Source of the DNA: Neophaeotheca triangularis
Taxonomy: Eukaryota
DNA: 38,867 nt
Assembly (NCBI GenBank): GCA_054600435.1
Contig: BAAIJX010000038.1
Location: forward strand, 186,001-224,867
Direction of reading: 5' to 3'
The position numbers were made by a program, and so were the translations under genes. Each line of letters begins with the position of its first letter. The first letter of the stretch is position 1. The notes beneath the pieces are model-generated. The model did no database searches, was not told where the DNA came from, and saw nothing but the letters and a program-made list of their open reading frames with translations. Positions 31,690-38,867 of the stretch are shown here, piece by piece.

Positions 31690-33863
31690 TCATCGACTCG
31701 CCTTGAACCGCTGCATCAACTTGCCTCGGAGACCCTGGCTGCTGTGCATCTCCGCCGCGGGTGTGAAGCCCGCTGAGGATTGCTGACGGGCGACGGGCTC
31801 CCTTTCGTCGTCGTTGATACCGCCAATGACGTTACCCTTGACATGCTGGTGGACCTGATCGAGCTTGTAGTTCTTCATCATCAAGCTGAAAAAGATGCAC
31901 GGGACGGTCGCGCACACCGCCACGATCAAAAGGGTTGTCATTGCCTCCTGATACGCGCGGTTGACGGCGTCGCGCTCCGGAGTGCCCATCGGGTAGGCGG
32001 CTTTGGCGACGCTAATGTCTCCGTAAATGTCCATGGCGTTGCCTTGTTCTTCCGCTGGCAGGTACCTGAGGAGCAGAGTCGGAACGCGATCGGTCCAGAT
32101 AGCACCGGAAATGGCCGAGCCGATGGCACCACCAAGCTGAATGACGGTCAAGAAGACGGCAGTGACGGCGGAAACTTCCCCGTGTGTGTTGACAGCAGCC
32201 TGCACACCAACTTGCGCCGGCACGTTGAGCATACCGCCACCAATACCAACAGCAATCTGAACGCCAATCAAGGTGCCAGTCGAGGCCCCTGATGTGCGGT
32301 AGGCCAACATGAGACCCATGCCAAGGGTGTAGATGCAGCATCCGAGCGTCACCCACCACTTGTAGTGCTTGGTGTACTTGATGGCGAAGGCGATGACGAT
32401 CGAGGTCACCGTAGATGCGAATGTGAACGTCTGGGTGACGTATCCAGAGGCCGAGACAGACATATTGTGCACCACCTGCAGGTAGGTGGTGTAGTACGGG
32501 AAGACCGAAAGGTAGAAAGCCACTGATTTTTGTTAGCCGCCGACGGAGCAGAGCTAGGTATAGCACAGCCAACTTACTAAAGTAGAAGAGCCCGATGCCG
32601 AGGCCACCGAGGACGGTCCTGCTCTTGAACAAGTCCGGCGGGAAGAATGCATACGGCGCCAGTTTCCTGTTTGTCTCCCAGAAAGGTATAGCGATGAAGC
32701 AGATACCCCCGACTACAAGCATAGCAATGATGCTCGGGTTCTGCCAGCCGTTATCCGCTCCAGCCGCCAAAGTCAATGGAATTAGCAACAAGGAGAAGGC
32801 GGCGCAGACGAGAAGCAGCCCAAAAGTGTCCATCTCGAAGAAGATGGACTTCGCGACACGTCCCACGCTTTGACCTTTGTATGGCGACGGCGGCATCACC
32901 CCAAGCCTCGAGGCCTTGATCTGGTAGTAAAGGAGCGTGACACCGATCGGCACAAAGCACGCAACCAAGACGATTGCCCACAAGCCGTAGCCCCATCTCC
33001 AGTTGTTCTGCATGATCTCGCCAATCTCCGGTCCAGCAAAGGCGGTGAAGAGATATGGCACGTCGGGCAGCGACGACACCAAAGCACGGTTGAGTAGGTC
33101 ACTCGTGTCGGCGACGAAAATCTGAATGAGCAACGACAGACCGGTGCTACCGGCGGAGTAAAAGATTTGAGATGCAGCAAAGGTCCTGATGTTGTTCGAA
33201 CCAGCTTGCATAATGTATCCGATCACGTAGAGGAATACGGAGAAACAGAAGGCCTCCAGACGACCGAACACATTCGAAATCTTGGCCATTGGGGGCTTCA
33301 GGACAGCTGCAAATCATTTGGATCAGCAAGCTGCCACCAAACATCGTAAAGCTTGGTTGCACACGACGATACTTACCCAGCAGGATGTTCTGAATGGTGC
33401 TAATGGTGCTCATCAGCCCAAGGTTGTTGCCCAGAGCCGACGTCGCATTTAGCTGTAGCAGGTACGTGGTCTGGCCCTCCAGACTCGTGGCAGTCGCAAG
33501 AAGTGCGATGCTGTACAAGACCGTCAGCCATAGTGATCCAGCGCAACGCAACACAGAACCCCAGACGCGTCTCACTCGAGACGCAGGCCGGGGTTTGTAG
33601 CGTGAAAATGTATAAACTTACCCAAGGTACCCGAGATACAGGCCCTTCCTCGACCACGTCTGCGCAACGGCTTCCTGGCGACGCACACCATGCTGCGAAG
33701 AGTCGTAGGGGTCGACGTCTGAGGTGACGGAAGCCCTGCGGTTCTTCTCTTCGCCACTCTCGACGTCGCCGGGTTTCCCAAACGACGCCGGCGGACTATC
33801 GCTGCCGGAGCCAGAGCCATGGATTTCAGGCGCGCTCGACTTGTCGTGCTGTAGATCCGCCAT
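31690..33863 (-). CDS. Siderophore-iron transporter (MFS, SIT/ARN/MirB-Sit1 family); exons 33863-33622, 33510-33377, 33306-32578, 32522-31690
   Basis: GVRRQEAVAQTWS, KPPMAKISNVFGRLEAF, QIFVADTSDLLNRAL, WRWGYG, IGSAISGAIW, YPMGTPERDAVNRAY are SIT-family hallmarks. Introns 33621-33511, 33376-33307 and 32577-32523 all have GTAAGT donors and CAG acceptors. Confidence 0.93.
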
Positions 33864-34057
33864 GGCGCTTGAGGGTTTGAAAGCTCGACAATGACACAAG
33901 CAGGTTGCAAGACGACTACTACTTTAGCACAAAGCAGAGCTTGCAAATAGAAGTAGTGAGCGACGGTAGGGGTCCGCCGGCCTAATTTAGGTAGAATGAG
34001 GAGGCCAATGGGGGTGGTGGTCTGTAGATTGAACTCAAGATGGAGAGGAATCAGAAG

Positions 34058-35015
34058 ATCAGATAAGGAAAAGCGAAGGAAGATGATACACGAGCGCATG
34101 CGCGGGATTATTGAAATGTGGGACGTTGGTTTTACGTCCTTTTTTCGGTAGCCGAGGCTGGGCGTTGGGTTATGACGGAGCTAGGATCTGTCTGAGGTGC
34201 CCTAGAAGATAGTGGGCTGATTGTTGTCGGTGTTAATTTTGATGAGGGAAAGAATACTAGTAGTTAGGCACGTATAGGTACCGGAAGAAGTCTCTTTTTT
34301 CTTTTGCTCCCAGGGCTGGGAATAGAACCAGAACTAGATACCTTGACTACCTTACTCTATAGGGAAACATTATCAGTAGCTTACGATGAGCAACCCAAAA
34401 GCCCGTCATGGGGCCGCGTAGCCCTCAACCCATCAAGTCAAATGAACCCCCCCCCCCTCCCCCCGGCCGTCGCTTCACTCGTCTCTTGTCAAGAAGCCGA
34501 CCAGCGGTTGGCAAGAACAAGACGATTGGCCGCACAGCTACCAAACTCCAAAACTCCCAACTCTTTCCCTCGGCGAACTCTACATGCAGACCGTAGCTCC
34601 CTGTAAGGCACTTTATTACTACCTAAGTAGGTGTTAGGTTCAAGGGTCCCGAACCGCGAGAGAGTACGGGGCCTATCAGATCCGCCGACCCCCGTAGCCG
34701 GCATTGAGCCTTTTTCGAGCTCTGGGAGGTGCAATTAGGGCTGCCCGATATCGGGGTCGCCGCGTTGGCTCTAGCGCTGATCTGATAGGGTAGCTGGCAT
34801 TGCATTTGCGAGTCGCGATCATCGAGGGGCATGTCATTACATGTGAAGACGATCTCACGATCATCGCTGAAAGGGGGTGGTCAGCAGTTCTCACCCGATG
34901 GGAGTAGGAAGTACAGAACTTGGCTTCGGGAAAGTGCTCACCACGCCTACAAGTACCGAAGCGAGCGGGCGACACATGCCCGAGATCAAAGCGAAGAAAA
35001 ATTTCCATCTGATTA
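34058..35015. promoter_or_regulatory. Cluster of SreA/Sre1-type extended GATA elements (ATCWGATAA-like) upstream of the siderophore transporter
   Basis: ATCAGATAA at 34058-34066 (perfect), ACTGATAA (- strand) at 34370-34377, ATCTGATAG (- strand) at 34673-34681, ATCTGATAG at 34780-34788, ATCTGATTA at 35007-35015. Confidence 0.72.
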
Positions 35016-35576
35016 CAGTTTTCTGGAGCTCGTCTATTGCCCGCGCTAACGACTCCTTTTCTATCCGCGGGGTACTACCATGAATCGCTATTATGCTTGT
35101 TCCTGCTACTACCACAGTACTACTAAAGGCCTAGGTAGGTAGAACCGGGCCACGTTGGGCCAACGCTCGAAGAAAAAGACAGGCATGAAGAAACCCGGCA
35201 TCCCGTCCATGCTTGGAAGCCCCATCGGTGCCCATCCACCAACCGTGCATCGGTTTGATCGAAGCCCAGGTATTGCGCCGAAATTCCAACCTCCCAAGTC
35301 CCAACGCCCAAAACGCACGAGAATCGCGATTGGGTGCATGCATGCATGCGTTCCACGTGCGCTTCCTCTACTGCCGGCAAGCCCCTTTCGTCATCTGTTA
35401 CAACGTGCTGCTTCTCCTAGCTCGTCTGCTATGCTCGATTCAGACGGCGGTAGATGAGCTTCCCATAGCCTGTAGGAGATAGTGTGTGCTTGCGCTGTGC
35501 AGTTAAACCGTATCCGGACCTGTGCGTTCGAGTCTTCTTCAATGCTTCCCAGTCTGGCGGTGCTCTGCACAAGCCT

Positions 35577-36989
35577 TCACTCCACCAACATATCGCCGTC
35601 CTCTTCCGCCGGCTCCGTGGTGTTTGCTCCGCCGCCGCCTTGGTCGGTGCCGTTTGGAACGATGCCACCATAATAGAGACGCTCGACGACAGCACGAATA
35701 TCCCTGATCTTCATCTTCTTCGGGCCCACGAAGTTCTCCTTGGCCGGCGACGGACGTGGTTTGTGGCACTCTTCAGAGAGCAGCTTTGCGACGTACTGAG
35801 GCGGCGCTAGGGCGGAGAGCGTAACAAATTCTTTGACGAAGACGGGGTCCATGCCAGACTGCTTGATGACATTCCTGCCGTTCGTGTTGTTGGTGTCGTG
35901 GAAGTATGTGGCCAGCCAGTCCGTAGGCCAGCGTGTGGCGATGATGTCAAAATCGGCTTGTCTTCTCATCTTGCCCACGTACTTGTCGGCGCTCTTGGCC
36001 GCTTTGCTCTTCTTCTGCGCTGCCGGCTGTTGCTCTTGCTTCTCAACCTTCGCCTGCTTCCTCGCCTGTCTTTTGGCTTGAATCCGCGCGCTCCTGTCCA
36101 TGCTCTGGAGCATCCTGCCAAGCCGAGCGTGGACCGAGTTCTTATCCGTAGATTGATGGGTAGGTTGCTGCTCGCCAGCGACATTGGTAAGCGCCTCCTG
36201 AAACGACTCATCCCCCTTGGCTCCATCGAGCTGCATCTTCTCAAGCTCCGCACCAAGGTCTACCGGCTCCTTCGGTTCGTCCGAACCCAGCGCGAAACTG
36301 CTGAGCAAGTCTCCAAGAACTTCGTCGTCGCCGCCGGTGCGCTTCTTTACTCTCGGATGCTTTTTGGCCGGGCGAGCTTTAATTCGAAGTCTCCCAGCAC
36401 CGGCCTTCCACTTCTGAGCCTGGGAATCGCGAGTCATTTCCATCTGGCGAGTCTTTGGGGCTTTGCGGAACTCGTCGGCGAACTGCACGTCTCCACGAGC
36501 GGCGATCAGCGGTTCGATCCATGACAGTGAAGGCCGCTCGCCTCCATCCCCGTCCAACATGTCCCCCTCTGGCTCCTCGAAGCGCTCCGCGGAATTGGGA
36601 TCCCGGTAGCCCCTAAACGCCTTCGTGTCCGCCGTTTCCTCAAACCCTCCCTCTGGCACATAGATTGACTGCGTTACTTCCACCGGCGCATGAGTCTGCT
36701 GCTTTCTATCGATCGCGTTAGTTGCATCGATGCGAGCTGACGAACGCAGTTCCGACTTCATTTGGAACCAAACTGCATACCCGAATTTCGCAACGATCTG
36801 CATGTCGTGAGAGAGCTCGTCGTAAAAGGAGCCTGGTTCCGGGTGCGAGAGTTTTGGAAGAGGAGGAGGGTGAGTCTGCGTGGTTCCGTAGTTTTGGGCG
36901 GTGTGGCGAGTGAAGTCGGTGGATGGGCTGGGGTCGTTGCTGTTGGTGGAAAACGGACTTCCGGGTGGGGTCTTGTCGTTTGGTTCCAT
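35577..36989 (-). CDS. Hypothetical 470-aa protein with basic Lys/Arg-rich segments
   Basis: 1.4-kb ORF from ATG in strong context (CCACCATGG); charged helical segments; no family recognised. Confidence 0.75.
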   Translation of the reverse strand: MEPNDKTPPGSPFSTNSNDPSPSTDFTRHTAQNYGTTQTHPPPLPKLSHPEPGSFYDELSHDMQIVAKFGYAVWFQMKSELRSSARIDATNAIDRKQQTHAPVEVTQSIYVPEGGFEETADTKAFRGYRDPNSAERFEEPEGDMLDGDGGERPSLSWIEPLIAARGDVQFADEFRKAPKTRQMEMTRDSQAQKWKAGAGRLRIKARPAKKHPRVKKRTGGDDEVLGDLLSSFALGSDEPKEPVDLGAELEKMQLDGAKGDESFQEALTNVAGEQQPTHQSTDKNSVHARLGRMLQSMDRSARIQAKRQARKQAKVEKQEQQPAAQKKSKAAKSADKYVGKMRRQADFDIIATRWPTDWLATYFHDTNNTNGRNVIKQSGMDPVFVKEFVTLSALAPPQYVAKLLSEECHKPRPSPAKENFVGPKKMKIRDIRAVVERLYYGGIVPNGTDQGGGGANTTEPAEEDGDMLVE

Positions 36990-37232
36990 GGTGGAGGTCG
37001 TGTTGGAGTGTCGTTGGAACTTCAGCGACGGTGTTGGAGAGCAGGGTGGTATCGGAGCAAAAGTTTGGGTTGTCGTTTATTTGATAAAGCCAGTGAAGCC
37101 AGTGAGGTCTTTAAAGTCGCAAAGCGATTGCGATGCCAAGCCGCGCACGGACATTTCAGTGCAGCAGAAGGGATGCAAGTGAGCTACTCCCTACCCCCCA
37201 AGTGAACTTTTGGAAAAAAGGAAGACTTTAGA

Positions 37233-38356
37233 TCAACGCCGGGTTCCATTCACACCCTGCTTCCCTTGGCCAAGTTGGCTAGCTACCACAGTAGCCTCTC
37301 TGACGGCTCTTGAGACCGTTCCTCGCACGCTTCCCTCCTCCAGCACCAACAACCCCCCAATCGTACATCCCCCAGGCGTCGTGACCTTGTCCCTCACAAT
37401 CGCAGGGTGCTCTCCTCCCTCAAGCACCAGCCCAGTCGTCCCTCTCATAGTCTGCGCAGCCATCATGTAAGCATCGTCCCGCGGCACGCCCATCGCCACC
37501 GCGCCCGCCGCCATGGATTCCAGCATCAGCGCCGCAAAAGCAGGGCCAGAACCACAAAGCGCAGTACAAGCGTCCATCGTGTTCGGCGGGAGATACGTAA
37601 CGCGCCCGATGCGCGAGAAAATCCAAGTAATCAAACTGCTAGTCTCAGCGGGCAGCGGCGGCGTAGAAGTAGCAACAACAGTCATGCTCTCTCGAACAGC
37701 GGCAGCAGTATTCGGCATGGCCCTCACAATCGTCGCGCCGCCCTCGGGAACCGTGTCGCCGTACAGAACTCCCCGGATCTGCTCCCCCGGCACGCCGGCG
37801 CAAATGCTCAGCAGCAATTTCCCGGCCACGGCCTCCTTCATACCCTCCGCTTTCAGAATGCCCTCCACCATTTGCGGTTTGCAACCAATGAGTATCACAT
37901 CGGCCTCTTGCGTCGGCTTGAGGTTCTCGTTCTCGTAAACAGTCAAGTCGCCCTGGTATTTGCCAAGCTCATTGGAAATCCTCTTCGCCCTCTTGGAACT
38001 GCGCACGCAAGCGTTGAATTTGCCTGGTAGCCTCGACGGGGGGCTTTCGGTGGGGGCATCGGCACCGGGAGGCGTGGGCATCGAGCTCGCGGCCTCGGGC
38101 GACGAGGTCAGGGAGTCGAGGATGCCGCCGAGGATGGCTATGCCCATTGTGCCTTTCAGAGTCTCAGCGTTTCGATCGTGCCAGCGGGCTTGCCTTGCAT
38201 TTTGTGTGTGCTTCGCCTACCGCATCCTAGTACTGTCATTGTGAGACCTTTGCCCGCGTTCTTGCCGTTGGCCCAGTCTTGGAAGGCTTTCGTCTGGACG
38301 CCGAGGGTTTGCTGCAGGATCCAATCCGGGGCAAGTTCACGCTCGGTGGACGACAT
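37233..38356 (-). CDS. PRO3: Pyrroline-5-carboxylate reductase; exons 38356-38221 and 38152-37233
   Basis: Rossmann motif VLGCG|TMG joined across intron 38220-38153 (GTAGGC..GCTGAG..AAG); IGCKPQ, SICAGV, VRAMPNT, ALCGSGPAF, HPAIVRDKVTTPGGCTIGGL. Confidence 0.95.
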
Positions 38357-38671
38357 GGTTGCGATTCTGATGTAGCGAACGACGGGTGATTGATTGATTG
38401 ATTGATCGAGTGGTGGTTTGGTTGGACACGAGTTATTGGAATGCTGTACAGTGTTGCGATGGCGGGACGAAATGGAAGCTGTAGCAGGCGCATCGTGGGA
38501 TGTACGAACTACATGGCTCGTGCGTCGAGATAAAGGTAAAGCTACTCGAGCATTTAACGATGCTCTACTGTTACAGTATGCCACGTCGAACCAATAATCG
38601 ATGAAACCAATGTGATCATTTCACGGTTCACAAAATGCTACTGATGCTATGCTATCTCCCAGCACCAACAC

Positions 38672-38699
38672 GGGGGGGGGGGGGGGGGGGGGGGGGGGG

Positions 38700-38732
<33 letters not shown>

Positions 38733-38743
38733 GGGGGGGGGGG
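38672..38743 (+). repeat. Near-pure poly-G tract (G28-C-G31-T-G11)
   Basis: Directly visible. Confidence 0.9.
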
Positions 38744-38867
38744 CTGGGCCGGGGGGAGAGGGTGGCCATGGTGTTTGGTCCTGGGTTGGTGGGTTCGGGG
38801 TAGCAGCAGGTCGTGGGAGGGTGGTTTGGGTTTGGATATTTGGTCTGGATATGATAGATTGGAATGA

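Noticed and set aside
35335..35349. (TGCA)n self-complementary palindrome
   Set aside because: Simple tetranucleotide repeat with no associated structure.

Overview
Eukaryotic DNA from a filamentous ascomycete. Short GT-AG introns with CTRAC-type branch points support this; Dothideomycete-like is an inference from gene style, not proven. The window is a gene-dense, mostly housekeeping region with about 13 protein genes: PKA catalytic subunit, kinesin-14 (KAR3/KlpA), LOA1/VPS66 acyltransferase, a small Cys-rich orphan, a class I SAM methyltransferase, acetate kinase, ECM14 pseudo-carboxypeptidase, a Sec7+PH Arf-GEF (SYT1-like), a 1108-aa unknown protein, CDC42, a siderophore MFS transporter with clustered SreA-type GATA boxes, a 470-aa unknown protein and PRO3. 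Exon/intron structures were reconstructed by hand. No transposon, CRISPR, rRNA or tRNA was found. The best lead is in the kinesin-14 gene: a 561-nt stop-free, in-frame intron-like segment (exitron). Removing it builds the conserved KRxxWDxKG tail motif; retaining it adds an SxIP (EB1-binding) motif and three CDK consensus sites, suggesting a splicing switch between two kinesin-14 isoforms. Other leads: a hidden CAAX mini-exon in CDC42, an inverted-repeat SreA element, a decayed ~136-bp duplication, an apparently spliced non-coding unit at 10.9-11.95 kb, and a strong 5'-C / 3'-G compositional polarity within genes.
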